A stretch of 64,000 bases of DNA from assembly GCA_900088475.1 (NCBI GenBank), contig FLMG01000600.1, positions 3,388 to 67,387 of the forward strand, read 5' to 3'. The notes beneath the pieces were generated by a model, which did not search any database, was not told where the DNA came from, and worked only from the letters and a program-made list of their open reading frames with translations. Within the stretch, counting starts at the first letter, position 1. The number at the start of each line of letters is the position of its first letter. This document shows, piece after piece, positions 38,101-53,100 of the stretch. Both the position numbers and the translations under genes were made by a program. The DNA is from Hyphochytrium catenoides. Taxonomy: Eukaryota > Protista > Hyphochytriomycota.

Positions 38101-41100
38101 GTTGTCAGACGTCGTTGAGCCAGCAGCTAAACTAATGGCACCGGCTAAGCCGTCCGTATTGTGACCCCCAATCAATGAAATACCGCCGGCGCTTCCTCCT
38201 GTCCCTGTCGATAAGCTAATGGATCCCGATGACTCTTGGCCCATTCCAGAGGCAATGGATAGGCTGCCAGAGGAACCTCTCTCCGAATGTGAGCTCAAGA
38301 GGGAAATATCTCCAGTGGTACCGCCTGGAGCAGCAGAATGACCACTGTACAATGAGACAGTCCCCGAAGAACCTTTTAGATTCCGGCCAGTGAATAACTG
38401 AAGTGCGCCTGTGTGGTCCCCATTGTCGGTCGCAGCGGTGTGAATCTGAACTGTGCCAAGGTCGCCTTCTCCGCTCCTTACCACCACAGACCCACCAAGG
38501 GCTCTATTCGCCGAGGAACCTGCAGCTATTATGACCTTCCCTCCTTTGCCCTCTCCATGACCTGTAAATGACCCTGCCCGCAAATCAATGGAGCCGCCTT
38601 CACTATCACTAGCATTCATGGAACCAGCGTGGAGCCTAATCCCCCCTCCTTGCCCTCGGGTTCCACTTCCAACCTTAAGACTAATTGAACCTGAGGAGGC
38701 ATCGGTGGAATGACCCGTCATGAGGTCTAAAGCGCCAGTTTGCTCGAGGGAGCCAGCCGAAGCTAATGCTATACTACCACTGCCTAGTGGCGTAGCAGGC
38801 CAAGCAGCAGTTGTTAAAATCGATATGTCACCCGTGCGCGATGAACGAGAGGCACCACTACGCAAAGTGAGCTCCCCACCTACGCCGGCCACACTTGAGC
38901 CTGCCTGAATGTCAAGACTTCCTCCAGTCTGGGACGTAGAGGATCCAGCTGAGATGGAAACTGACCCCGCACTGCCTTTCATCATAGAGCTACCCGCAGC
39001 AAGCTCTAAAGAACCAGCTTCACTGGCAGAGCTACCCGAAGAAATAGTTATCGATCCACTTGTGCCATCTTCTCCCAAGACTTCTCCAGAAGAAACACTG
39101 ATGCTGCCACTTTGTCCGGCTGCCGCAGCTCCTGAGGTCAAGTTTAAACTACCAGTCGAAGACATTCCTTCGCTAGAACTTATCATGACCTCTCCACTTG
39201 AGCCTTGTTTGCTTGACCCAGACGACACTATCACACTACCTCCGTTCCCAGTCCCTAAGGAGGATCCGCCTCCCAGAACAACATCACCACCTGAAGCGGA
39301 GGGTGCGAGTGCTGCGCCTCCAGTTAGCGAGATGGCACCAGCTGAATCATTCTCGAAGCTGCTGGTAGGTGGAGATGAACCAATTGACCCCGCTTCCAGC
39401 AGAATGCTGCCTGATAGGCCTCCCTTTGCAGTTCCTACGCTGACGCTGTAGGATCCTGTTTCAAAGCCGTCACCGGTGGAAATGGAGACAGCTCCCGACG
39501 CACCCTCTTTGCTGGATCCGGTGTACATCAACACAGAACCTGACATTCCATCAGCCGTTTGTGCCGTAAGGACGCGCACATCACCAGTCGTCCCAACTGC
39601 TGACGCACCAGTCGACAACGTTATCGCTCCGGAGGAAGAAGTGCTAGTTGCGCCAGTAGAAAGCATTATTTGACCAGTCTCACCTCCTCCAGATGATTTA
39701 GCAGAGCCAAAAAGAATCGAACCAGTCGCCCTCCCTGCGAGCCCAGTACCGCTCTTCAACACAATTGCACCTCCAGTGCTCTGAGTGGCATTTGCTCCCA
39801 AAATTGTTACGTTGCCAGCCCTGGCTGAAGACCCAGCAAGGAGGTCAATAGATCCCCCTAAACTCTCACTTTCATCGGACAACGTATTCGTGGGTATCGA
39901 GCCAGCTGATAACCGGATTGAACCACCTTGGCCTCGATTGCCTTTACCAATTGATATTTCAATGGAACCGGTGCTACCTCCAGAGCTATTTCCGCTATTC
40001 AATTTGATAGAGGCGCTGGCGCCTGCGCTTGACCCTGTCGACAGGCTGACCAGTCCGCTGCGGCCTCCAGCAGGTCCGCTGGCGGCTGAACCAATCCAAA
40101 TGGACCCACTGGCTGAGCCCTGCCCTTGGCTGGCACCGCTTTGTAAGACCAAGTTCCCACCAGTCCTGCCGGCGCCAGTCGTTGAGCCGCCATTTAGAGT
40201 AATAGTTCCTCCATGTCCGTTCAAAGTTGATCCAGCAGTCACATTGACAGCTCCACCATCCGTGCCGTATTCTGGCCCTTGAGCTGATCCAGCCAAGAGC
40301 ATCATTGACCCACCCGAGACTGAGCCGGATCCTGTTCCTACAGCGAGAGTTATTGAACCCCCGGCGCCCCCGAGGCTTTCTCCCGTTGCCAACTGCAGTC
40401 CTCCACTACTAGAAGCTCGCGAAGCACCAGAAGACAATACTACGTTACCACTTGACCCTATGCTACCGTCCTCAGCTTCGCTAGATCCTATCCAAATAGA
40501 TCCACTTCCAGCTAGTCCGGTGCCCGAGAGCAGCCTAAGCTGGCCTCCGACTCCTCCAACGGCCGTGCCACCACGGACCAGAATGCCTCCCGCGCTAGAG
40601 GAGGGATGTGTAGATTGGGAGGAGCCACCGGTGAGTTCTACTTCACCCGCAGTATCCTGTGGGGTATGTGAGGTGATAGAGCCAGCACTGAGACGTAGGC
40701 TGCCAGCCTCTAGCTTGGTGCTGTTACCAGCTATTATCATGACAGAACCAGACTGCAGTGCTTTTCCAGTCGACAGAGCAATTCCCCCTGAGGAGCCGTT
40801 CAGGCTACCTCCAGTGGAGATTAAGCTTGCGCCAGATCTTGCGCCCACTGCTGTGGCCTGTCCTGTAGCCAGAGCTATAGTGCCTGCAGCCATGCGTGCC
40901 ATTCCCGTCTGGACCTTTATGGAGCCAGAAGAGGCGCCTGCCTGATTGGCACCTGTCACAATTTGTACTTCTCCGGTGTCTCCTGCCAGCTCGAGTTCAG
41001 AAGCCGCCGTTCCTATCTGGACAGGACCGCTCTTCAGATCAGGACTTGAGCCACTCACAAGGGTGATAGCACCCCCGGGACCATTTCGGGCATCCCCTCC

Positions 41101-44100
41101 CTGAAGTAAAATGCTACCTCCCTGGCCCTCCAATTGGGCTTTACCACCACGGAGCTCGATGGAGCCACCTCCTACAGTGGAGGACTTCAATGCTCCTGTT
41201 GACCCAGCGGTAATCGTCACCTTTCCTCCGCCACCTTGGCCACTTTTTCCTGCTTCTATTAGCACTTGTCCTGCGTTTGCTACTTCCGAATCACCTGATC
41301 GCAGTGAAAGGGATCCGCTGCTTCCTGCTCCAGTTGGCGAACCGGGTCGTGCTGTGGAGGAGGTTTGGATCGTCACATTTCCGCTTTGACCATTGCCTTT
41401 TGCTATGCCAGATGCGACAGTGACCTGTCCACTGTTGTCGGCATCAAATTGCCCCTCGGCATCTCCGCTCACTAGCCTAAGATCGCCACCTCGCCTACCG
41501 GATCCTGACCCTAAAACAAGAGCTCCACCTTGCCCATTTGAAGCTCTACCTGCGCGAACAGAAACAGAACCCCCCTGGCCATTGGATTGAAAGTTATCAC
41601 TCGTGCTTCCCCCATCAATAAGAACGGATCCACCACCAAGGGCCCCTATTCCTGCTGATAAGGTGAGCGATCCTGCATGGCCACTGCTACTCCTACCGGT
41701 TGCAAGACTAAGATGCCCAGAACCAACTCCTGCCTGTCCAGAAAGGAGAGTTATGTTACCACTGCGACCTTGGCTATTGTCAGTATCTCCAGAGCTTAAG
41801 CGGACGCTACCGCTTCCACTAAGAGAGGATCTACCAGAATTGATGGCGATGTCACCGCCGCGTCCAGCGCCAGCGCTTCCACCAGTCAAGAAAATACTCC
41901 CTCCCTGCGAAGACTCCTTAGTAGACAAAGCAGAGCCTGCATTGAGGTCTATTTCCCCTCCCACAGCCCTTTCCAGACCGGACCCTGCGGAAATTTGAAT
42001 CCGGCCACCGGTCCTCTCTCCGCCATGACCTGCCTGGATTTCGACTGACCCTGCCACTCGTCCAGCGTTACCGGTTGAAAGCGTTAGCGATCCCGAGGAG
42101 GCGGTCGATGGAGAAGCCGCTCCCGTGGCGAATACAACTGAGCCAGTTTGAGCGCCTTCTTTAGCAAAAACGCTAGATGTTGAGAGTTTGACCTCACCAC
42201 TCAACCTGTCCGCGGATCCACTATAGATACGGATAGCGCCAGACTTTCCCCCTTCATATGATGCGGAGCCAGAGGACAGTTCGATTGATCCTGAGGCATC
42301 CCCAGAAATGCCACTGCCAATCGTCACAAGCCCACCAGCCTTACCCGCACTAGGGCCACTGAGGATGCTCAAGGAGCCACCTGCTCCATTTAGAGAAGTT
42401 CCTCTGCCCGCGTGGAAGCTAACATTACCACCGGAAGTGCCTCCGCCCCCTTCCAATATAACACTGCCACCAGAAATTGCAGCGTCTCCAGCGACAAGGC
42501 GCACGGAACCTCCGTTGCCTGCATATCCAGTGCCGGCTTGAAAGCCTAGTGATCCTCCCTCTCCCAAAGTGCTACTACCAGCTTTAAGTAGAAGGTACCC
42601 TCCAGTGGAGGTGTTGGTAGAAGAAGACTCTATAGAAATGTTGCCACCAATTCCATGGGACGAGCCCGAAAGAATAGCAATGGATCCGCCGTCCCCTGCA
42701 CGAGAGGCACCACTTTGAATTGTCACGTAGCCTCCACTCGCAGACTCGCTATCGCCTCCCTGGAGCGTCAGCTCTCCTCCACCCTTAGAACTAGACTTTC
42801 CTGCTGCCAAGAACAAAGAACCTCCATTGCCATCCCTGCTTGGCCCAGCCAAAACTGAAAGAGTTCCCGCTTCCTGTGGCCCCGAGGACCCAGTTGCAAT
42901 AAGGACTGATCCGCTTCGGCCAGAGTGGCTGTCACCAGTTATAAGCTGTAGTGCTCCGCTTTGAGAGTTGGCTTTACCGGAAAACAGTGACACCGCTCCG
43001 GTCTTGCCATCGCTGTTATCTGAGTGATGTGATCCGATTTCAACACCGCCACTATTCCCAGATGTGGAGTTGCCAGAATTGAGGATAACATCCCCTCCTG
43101 AGCCACCAGAGCTAAGACCTGCCTCAAGTTTGATATTTCCTCCCTTTGAACCTGCGAGGTTGGATGAACTGTGCCCACCCTCTATTATTACGTCACCACC
43201 CGCAACCGGACCGCTCGCTTCCTGTGATGAGACTTGAGAAGCCCCTGCCGAAAAGTGAATCGACGAACCCTTATTCCCGTTGCTCGCCCCAACGACGGCG
43301 CTGATTGACCCCGAATGAACGCCATCACCCGTACGCATGTTCAAAGAACCAGACAACCCTCGAGGAGTGTTTCCACTGACGAGTGAGATCGAACCGGACA
43401 GGGCTCCCGATCTGACATTCTCAAGCACGTCAGAGGTAGAAATGTAAACGCTACCGCTTATGCCACTTTGAGAGTTGCCGGAAAGGAGATGTAGGGATCC
43501 CGAAGTCCCAGAAGATGTACCGCCACTGCTAATTGTAAGATTCCCAGAAGTTGCCCCAGAATTCATTGCGTCAGAAGTGATAATCTGGACAGAACCACTA
43601 AGGGTGCTGGAAGGGCCTGATGTTAATAGAAGATGGCCATCAGCTCCCGCTGAGAATGTCGCGTTGGCCCCATCCGACGATAGGCCCTCCAAGCCAATAT
43701 AGGCCCCATTGCGATCGTTGTTAACCGTGGGGTGAGCGGAGCCCGCTGATATTCTGACAGCACCCGATTCCCCAACCCCTGAAGTATCACCCACGGTGAT
43801 CTCGATGTCCCCAGTCCGTCCACTGGAACTTCGCCCAGACTTTAGTGATAGCGAGCCGCTATCGGCCTTGCCAGTTGATCGGGATGAAAGCGATATGTTT
43901 CCGGATGATCCCTCGGCGCCGACCACACCTGACCATATCTGCACATTCCCGCTACTGCTCTCTCCAGTGCCACTATACAGTTCAAGATTCCCTCCAATGC
44001 CAGACATACTCTCTCCAGCTTCCAGACTCAATCTGCCACCAGAGCCATCCAAAGTGTTGCCCGAGTTCAGAAGAATAGATCCACCTTCACCCTTCGTCAC

Positions 44101-47100
44101 CGACCCACCCACCAACCTCACAAGGGCACCTTCCCCTGGCCCGCTAGCTGACCCAGCAGACAGAGTGATACTACCACTTTGCTCTCCCGCTAAACTGTTA
44201 CCAGTTGTCAGCCAAACGTGCCCACTTCCTCCATCGCTTGATGATCCAGTTTCCATAGAGAGGTCACCACTATCGCTTCCTTTGCCTGGAGTGTTTGTAG
44301 CTACCTGAATCGATCCACTTGCACCAGCGGCACTTGTACCTGAAAGGAGGCTAATGGTTCCTCCGGACCCAAAGGCTGAAGAAGTTTGTCCTGCTAGAAT
44401 CCGTATGCTACCGCCTTCACCCGAAGTCGCAGCGCCACTGCTGCCTGCCCGGATAACAATGTCACCACCTTTGGCAATAGGAGACCCAACTGTTTCCGCA
44501 GAGCCTGCGAAAAGCCCTATGTTGCCTCCCTCAACCTCACGACTCCGCCCGACTGCAAAAGACATCAAGCCAGCCTTGACTCCGTCGCCTGTTGACAGAC
44601 TAATCACCCCTGAAGACCCACTGGGACTGTAGCCCGTCGAAAAGTGAACACCACCGGAGTTTGATTCCGGCCCCAGCACCATGGAGGTGGATGCAATGAT
44701 ATCGCCACTCTCTCCGTAGGTCGCTCCACCGGTCTGAAGTGTAACCGAACCGGACTTCGACGCCCTACCAGGACCGCCTTCGGTAGGTCCGCTAGTTAAT
44801 TCGACCGAGCCGCTTCCACTCTTACCTTCACCTGATTCTAGATGCAGCGTGCCACTTCTAGCCTCTGCCCCAACTCCAGTGCGGATTGTAACTGAACCCC
44901 CATTCTCACCGTCTGCAGACCCACCCCCGATGTCAATCGTACCTCCAATCTCATTATTGCCGCCAAAACCGGCCCTAAGCCGAATGGAGCCGCCAGGTGA
45001 TCTCTCCTTGGCTTTGGTAGAGCCAGCCTCAACAGTCACAGAACCACCCTGACCCAACATGCTGCTTCCTACTTGAAGGGCAATATTTCCTCCTCTTCCC
45101 GCGGAACTAGAGCCGGAGGTCAGAGACAATTGTCCCGTGCTGTCAGGGGAGTTGGCAGTCTTGATTGAAACATCACCGCTGTGGCGAAAGCCTGAGGAAC
45201 CTTGAGATGTTCCTGAAGATATTAAAACAAATCCTCCAGTGCTATCACTCCCCAAAGCATCTCCAGCAGCAAAGTATGCAGCCCCTCCCCGCTTGCTCCC
45301 GTAACCTGCAGCGAGGTTGAGGGATCCGCCGGCACTTACAGCTGAGGAGCCTGAGGAAAGCGATATCGTTCCACCATCAGCCTCATTTACTAGGCCCGCA
45401 TGTACTTCTATGGATCCACCGTGAGATACACCTTGGCCTGTTGACAGTTGAATCGAACCTGAGTGTCCGCCGGCTGATATTCCACTAGCGACAACGACAG
45501 CACCAGTAGAATGACTCCTGGCTTTGCCAGAGGCAATGACTAAAGATCCGCTTGATCCTCCTGCCCCTCCGGACGTAAGTTTAACACGACCACTTGTTCC
45601 TTTTAGGCTGCTTCCCGACGAAAGTGAGAGCTCACCGCCTATCCCTGCGCTTGCTTCACCAGCAGCAACAATAATCCTGCCGCCATCTAAGGCACTGTTC
45701 GTAGACGTTGAAGTGGATCCGCTCTGTAGAATTAGATCGCCTCCTTTCCCGTTGCCGCTATTCGACTCAGCTCTAGCCACAGATCCAGCAGCGATATGCA
45801 CCTTACCCGCCGACGCATCTAGCGAGCTATTTCCAACAGTGAGCGTAATAGAACCAGGTACTTCTGCTTCTCCCGTCGATAAGCTTATAAAGCCAGAAGA
45901 ACCATAAGGACTGACTCCTGTGGCGAGAATCGCTGAACCAGACCGGGACTGAGTGCCAGGGCTAGAGGTAGCCGTCTCAGCCGTACTGATAATGACTGTT
46001 CCACTCACTGAGGATGACCGACCAGTGCTCAACGCTATTGATCCCGAGGTACCGACAGCACTATCGCCAGAGTAAAGCTCTATGTTACCGGTGCCTTCGG
46101 CCTGGGGGTCGACAGCATTTGCAGTAGAAATGCTTACCAGGCCAGTCTTTGTCTTGATTCCCTCGCTACCGCCGCTACGAAGCTGAATGCTGCCGCCAGA
46201 GCCGTCGACGCCTTGCCCTGCTGCTACGGTTAGGTTACCACCCATCCCGCTGCCTGTCTTCATAACAGAACCAGACTGTAACTCAATAGAGCCCCCAACT
46301 GCATTCCTGCTTGTGATGTGGCCCGCATGCAGGCGAATCTTCCCTCCTACACTGTTGCCACCATCATGGACCTTAATAGTAACAGATCCCGCGGACCCGT
46401 GGCCACTGCTCCCGGTCTCAAATGAGAGCGCTCCAGAATTTCCCTCGTCCGTTGGAGAGGAGTACATCTTTATGTTGCCGCTGGCACCTTTTTGTCCAGT
46501 TAGTCCCGACGCGATGGTAAAGTCGCCACTGCCATACCCCTCCTGAGTTCCTCCAGACTGAATTGAAATTGCGCCACCTGTGCTGGACCTACTGCCGCCT
46601 GCGGAAACATCTATCTTGCCACCAACCCCATACTCTGAGGATCCTGACAATAGTGAGATTGGACCACCTTCTCCCTTTTCGGATTGTTTCGTTAGAGACC
46701 CAGCCGTGATGTTTACAGCTCCTCCAAGTGAGTTAACACCCGATCCTGAGGACAGACTGATCGATCCGCTTTTTCCAGCGTGGCTGTTACCTGTAGAGAC
46801 CGCAATATTGCCCGACTCTCCGGTGGAGGATTCCCCCGAAGAAATGGCCACGCGACCGCTAGATCCTTGTAGCTTTGAAGAACCAGAAGCAATAACGACA
46901 GAACCACTGTCCCCCTTGACAGCAGAGCCAGAAAAGAGCATGAGGTGGCCGGCTACTCCTTTAGAGGCGTGTCCTCCCTGGAGCATGACATGCCCTCCGT
47001 CAGAGGATAGATCATTGCCCACTGTATTACTAGATCCACCTTGCAAAGTAACCTTGCCTGCCTCTCGGGTACCGACCGGTCTTGACGACGATCCATCGAC

Positions 47101-50100
47101 AGACCCCGCCCTGAGATGGATACCCCCCGACTCTGCCTCACTACTATTGCCTGTGCTAAGCCAGATCGAGCCAGAATTTACCAGCCCGGTGCCGGTAGAA
47201 AGTGAAACAGATCCACTGGACTCATTTAAGGCCTCTCCTGTGACAACGGAGAAGGATCCGGAGGGAACCCCTTGTCTTCCTTTATTCGCCCCGGTCATGA
47301 GCATTAGGTCTCCGCTACCGCTTTCGGATTGTCCGGTGGAAATGCTGACTCCGCCTGATCCTACGTTGGTACTACTACTTGTATAAATCTCAACAGAGGC
47401 ATGGCTCTGTTGACGGGAGGTGCTCTCAATGCCGCCTGTTGAAGTGCCCAGACGCACTGATCCGGCTGCCCCGAAACGCCCTGCGCCGCTCTCAATCTCA
47501 ACAGAGCCACCCTCCCCGTGACCCATACTCATACCGGCAGCAATCCTTACATCGCCCCCTTCAGCCTCGCCGGAACCCGCATGAAGATCAAGAGCTCCAC
47601 CGACGGAACTCGCGCCAGAAGACGAGCCCGAGCGCAGACCAATGTCACCTGCGGCACCAGTGCTGTTTCCCGAGCCAATCGCAATGGCACCCCCATGTGC
47701 GCCTTTTGAGGATCCTGTTGTCAAGAAGAGAGAGCCGGTCCGTCCATCGCCGGAAGATGTAGAGATTGAAACGTTACCGGAGCCCCCACCATCGTTCTCA
47801 GTGATTCCACCAGATCCAGAGCTTATGAACACTGATCCGCTGGTCCGACTCCTAGAGCTACCGCTTCGCATCAAGAGCTCTCCTCCTCGCCCTGTCACAC
47901 TAGTACCTGCATCTATCTCCAAAGAACCACCGTGGCCTGAGACAGATGCACCTGCCTTCACTTGAATCCGACCTCCTACGCCAGTAGGGTAAGCTCCCAG
48001 GGCAGAACCTGCAGTGAGCTGGATCTTTCCTGCAGGTAGAGGTCCAGCAATCGACCCAGCCGACAGGTTGACGCTACCACTGGTACCATCTTGAGCTGAT
48101 CCGGTCAAAAGTGTAATACTGCCGGTATTGCCAGTGGCCTTCGATACACCTGACTCTATCTGAACATTTCCAGAGGAAGCCCCGCTGGTGGCTCCAGATT
48201 TTAGACGTAGTCCTCCAGTTGAACCTGTACCAGCTGCAGATGCCACAAGAATGTCACCACCGATGCCGGTGCCGAAGGCTCCCCCACTTCTTAGAACAAG
48301 GTGACCTCCCTTCGATTGGCGCTCGCCATTCAAAGTGGAGTAGGAGTGTCCAGCGTCTAAAATGAGAGAGCCTGCGTCGGATTCGCTTCCAGACTCTACA
48401 GAACCAGCAGACACAGAAATAGTGCCGCCTTGGTGAACGGTGCTATTACCTGCCGTCACAGAAATTGAACCTGCAGTCTTAGCTGCCGAACCGCTTGTGA
48501 GCCTTAGCGATCCTGTAGAGCCCTTTGAAGTTCCTGCTGTTCCCAGCACAGCAGCACCAGAACTTCCCAAACCAGAGACAGCGGATGAGGAGAGAACGAT
48601 ATCTCCACTATTTGCTGCAGCAACACCTGTTTCAATTCGAATGCTCCCAGAGCTTAATGCTCTTGAGGCGCCAGTTGCAATAAGGGTCGATCCACTGGCC
48701 CCGCTTTGCACAGCGGCTGTTGTGAGGGTGAGCTGACCACTCCCTTGCGGCCCACTTCCAGTAATCAGATCTATGGGACCACCCTCACCGTACGCTGCAG
48801 CTGTCCCTCCAATCAGACTTAATGACCCTCCCTCCAGCGCTCCATCTCCTGCCGAAATCTGTACCGCTCCTCCTTCACCCTGCAGGTTTGAACCTGCGGC
48901 CAAGGAAATTAGACCCGCCGAAATCCCATTGCTTTTGCCAGCAGTAAGTCGAATGTCGCCACTCGAGCCTGCAGAGCTGTTTCCTGACGTCAACAGGAGA
49001 TGGCCACTGTCAACACCAGCATTATTAGACATCAGAGCAACAGCACCACTGAAAGTCCCCTCCTGAGAAGACGTCTGCCCAGAAGATATTGAAACAGAAC
49101 CGCTGCTTCTCGAGGTGGCTGACGTGCCTCCACTTTGAATGTGAAGGCTACCTCCATCTCCGCCATTTTCTGAGGCAGAGCCGGCCTCAAGACTAAGAGA
49201 GCCACCTGTCCCCGAGTAGGAGGATCCTGATTGCAGGTGCAGTAATCCGCCAGTCCCACCTTTATCACCCTCCACGGAGCCAGCACCAATAACCACATTC
49301 CCTCCTTGTTTGGAGCCATGCCCGAGTCCACCAAATAGGCTGAGTGCACCAGCTTCTTGGCCACTCAACCCTGAAGAAATTTTAACTTCACCACTCTTCA
49401 CTCCTTGAGCCTTGCCTGTCGATAGGGTAATGCTCCCGCTTAGCCCTTCAGGTCCTTCTGCTACGTCAGTAGCGAGGAGAAGGGAGCCACTTCGTCCCTT
49501 GGAGGATCTGCCCGATAGAACTCTCACATATCCGCCGGTACCCTCTGCAAAACCTCCAGAGAGGACTACACCACCTCCATCAATAAAACTGGAGCCAGCA
49601 ACCAATACCGCATCACCCCCTTGCCCCTTGGCTGAACCTGCTTTCAGGACGAGGTTCCCGCCGGTCTCTTCCAAGCTTTCTCCAACAACCACAGAGACAG
49701 ATCCAGCAGCGGAAGCATTACCGGTAGACAGCATGAGTGAACCGGACGAACCAGCCTGGGCATGGCCAGTTTGCAACTTTGCGTACCCAGTTGCCTCCCT
49801 AACAGCGCCAATCGAGTCGATAATAGCCGACGTGCTTAGGCTAAGGCTGCCAGTTTGAGTTTGACCCCGACCTGTTGCAATCCGAACTGCTCCTGAAGAA
49901 ATACTCTCACTATTTCCACTCAGCAGCTCGAGAGCACCAGTTCTGCCAATGCCACTGTCGCTGCTGCTTATATGTACTGATCCACTGTTTCCGCGCTTGA
50001 ACGCACTGCCGCTGGAGATTGTTACCGAACCACCGAGACCCTGATCACCAGACGAGCCGGCATAGATTGTGACATTACCTCCGATTCCTCCATTAACCCC

Positions 50101-53100
50101 ACCGGATCCGGCCCTGAGGTCAATGGAGCCAGCGATAGAGGTATCTCCCTCTGCCGTATCCATCGATCCAGCACTAACCCTGACAGAGCCAGCAAGACCT
50201 TTTTGGGATGCTCCCACGCGAACTCGTACGTCTCCGGAGCTCTGAGCACTTTTGCCAGTTTCCATTGTCAGAGAGCCGCTCAAACCCTTCTTAGATGGAG
50301 CAGTAAATAGCGAAACGTCACCACTTCCGCCATCATTTGACACTAATCCTGAACCGATTCCTATCTGACCGCTATTGCCCTCTATCGAGCCACCGCTTCG
50401 GATCAATAGAGGCCCACCACTTCCCATACTGCTAGAGCCAGCAACCATATGAACACCTCCGCCAGTTGCAGTAGATGAGGATCCCGCGTTGAGGAAGAGG
50501 CTTCCACCTGCGCTTCCGTCCATCATTGGCCCTGCCATTAGGCTAATTGAACCTCCCTGAACTGAATTTCGTCCGGCACCTGAAGCGATACTTATGTTGC
50601 CACCTGCACCCTGACTGCTAAGTCCAGTTAGAACGTCAAGATTGCCGCTCTTCCCCTCAGAAGAGGATCCAGTGGAAAGGGTCACAGTGCCACTGTCTTC
50701 CTTTGCCGCACCAGATTCAATAGCCATCTTTCCACTGTCCTGTGATAAGCTCGAGCCGGTTCGAAGAAGTACATTCCCACCGGAGGTGCTGGTGGACATA
50801 CCCGCGCCAAGAAGGAGGCTGCCTCCTTTTGCTTTGTAGGATCTTGAGAGACTAGAGCCTGCCTCAAGCTTGATATCCCCCGCGTCATTCACATTGTTGC
50901 TGAGCGTTGAGTCTGAATCGATGAGGAAGCCAGCAGAGATGGATAGTCTGCCTGGTCGTTGCCCAGTGCTGTTACCCGCAGCAATTGATATCAAGCCAGG
51001 GCTTTGTGCGTCCCCTGTCTTCAGTTCCAGATCTCCGCTTGACCCTCCGCTGTTGCTTCCTGTCCCAGCTACAAAGGAACCAGAAGAACTTTTTGTCCCC
51101 GACATAATGGGAGATACGTCTGAGGATGTTAGCCAAAGATGACCACTGCTTAAGGAAGATGATCCGCTTTCAACCTTAATGTGGCCTGACACAGCATCTC
51201 TTCCAGTAGCATGACCACTGAAAATCTCAACGGAGCCCGTACTGCCTTTGTTGGATGCTCCACCGCTTCCAAGGAATACAGAGCCACTACTACCCATAGA
51301 AGCTGTACCGCTACGCACACTCACTGTTCCACCCAGGCCATCAGGGGAGGCTACACCACCACTAGAGATGCGTACACTACCCCCTCGACTCGCCCCACCG
51401 GGCCCTAGCGCCGTGCCCGCCATCAGAGAAACAGACCCTGCACTTGAGTTCTTGCCGGTCATGGAGCCCGCCTCAATGGACACAGTCCCACCACTGCCGA
51501 CCCCCCCGGTGCCCACTCTGACATTTATACTTCCTCCCGATGCAGCATCGCTTATTCCGGTTGTTATAGATAAATCTCCTGACGTCCCACTTCTTGCGGG
51601 TGCTGAAGCGACTGAAATATTGCCGGTGCTTCCAGTCAACCCGCCAACGAGGCCAGATGCTATCAAGACAGAGCCGCTGCTAGAGCCATTTGTGCTTCCG
51701 CTTCTTATCGTTATGTCGCCTCCGAAACCGGTCGAGCTTGCGCCGCTTGTGAGCGTCAATGCACCCCCTGTCCGAACAACAGAAGATCCCCCCACCAATT
51801 GTACGCCAGCTCCCATTCCTAGAACGCTAGATCCGCCAATCAGCTGAAGAGAACCTGGCCCATTCATGGATGTACCAGTTGTCGTCCCAGAAGAGATCAA
51901 TATGTCACCGCTAGTCGAAGAATTGCTATCTCCAGTCTTCAGATGAAGCTGCCCACTTGGCGCGGCATCTGTTGCGCTCGTATACAAGAGTACCTTACCT
52001 CCTACCCCTCCGTTCGCAATGTTTTGAGAACCCGAGCCTATCGCCACCATGCCACTAGTTCCTGAAGGTGAAGCTGTAGCTCCTGAAGAAATACGGATAT
52101 CTCCACCCATGCCCATGTTACCGCTGCCTGCTGTCAACTCTACCGTCCCGCCGGTTGTCAATGCAGCTGAAGACATTTCGCTAGTACCACCTCTTATTAG
52201 TACATGACCCGCTGAACCTCCCTCGTCGGACGAAACCATTGATGCCGCAGCCAACAGAATATCACCACCTTGTGTGCTATATCTGACTCCTGCTTTTATG
52301 TCAATAGACCCTGCTTGCTTGCCATTGCCAGTCGAGAGCAATAGAGAACCAGAACTAGCATCTCTGCTACTGCCAGTTTGTAAGACGGCATCTCCTGACG
52401 ATCCACCGCCATACCCAGCCGGTGAGGTTGACGCCTCAAAGTTGCCTGTGTCACTATTGGAGCTACCGCTATATAGACGAATGGAGCCGGATCTTGCTTG
52501 CGAATGGCCTGTCATGATCGCGACAGAGCCGCTCACACCACGGTGAACTTCTCCAGTACCAATAACTGCTGACCCACTCTTTCCATTGGTTCCAGGCCCA
52601 CTCATTAGCAGAAGAGAACCTCCCGACCCGTCTTCTCCGGCGCCCCCTGCAGAAAGCATCAGGCTACCTCCTACACCATCTTCTACAAATGCAGATCCTG
52701 CGGATAAATTAATCCACCCGGCAGTAGCATCTCCTTTGGAGGACGAGTTGACATCTCCAGCCCTTATTTGAACTGACGATGCGGTAGCGCCCCTGCCCCC
52801 TGTGATGTTGACATCACCAGCCCTCCTTCCATTCCCAGTTCGAAGAGTAATAGCCCCACTATCCTCAACAGTCGATGATGTCTCAAGTAGTATACTGCCA
52901 CTGCTACCGGACAGAGCGCCACCCGAGCTAATTTGAATGGCCCCACTATCACCTTGCTCAGAACTCCCGCTGCTCAAGGACAACTTTCCTCCAGACCCCT
53001 TACTCCCACCGCTCGCGATTCGGAAAGCGCCTCCAGCGCCAAGAGTCGATGATCCGGATATCAGGGAAACAGATCCGCCTTCACCGCTCCCGTCGGTGGT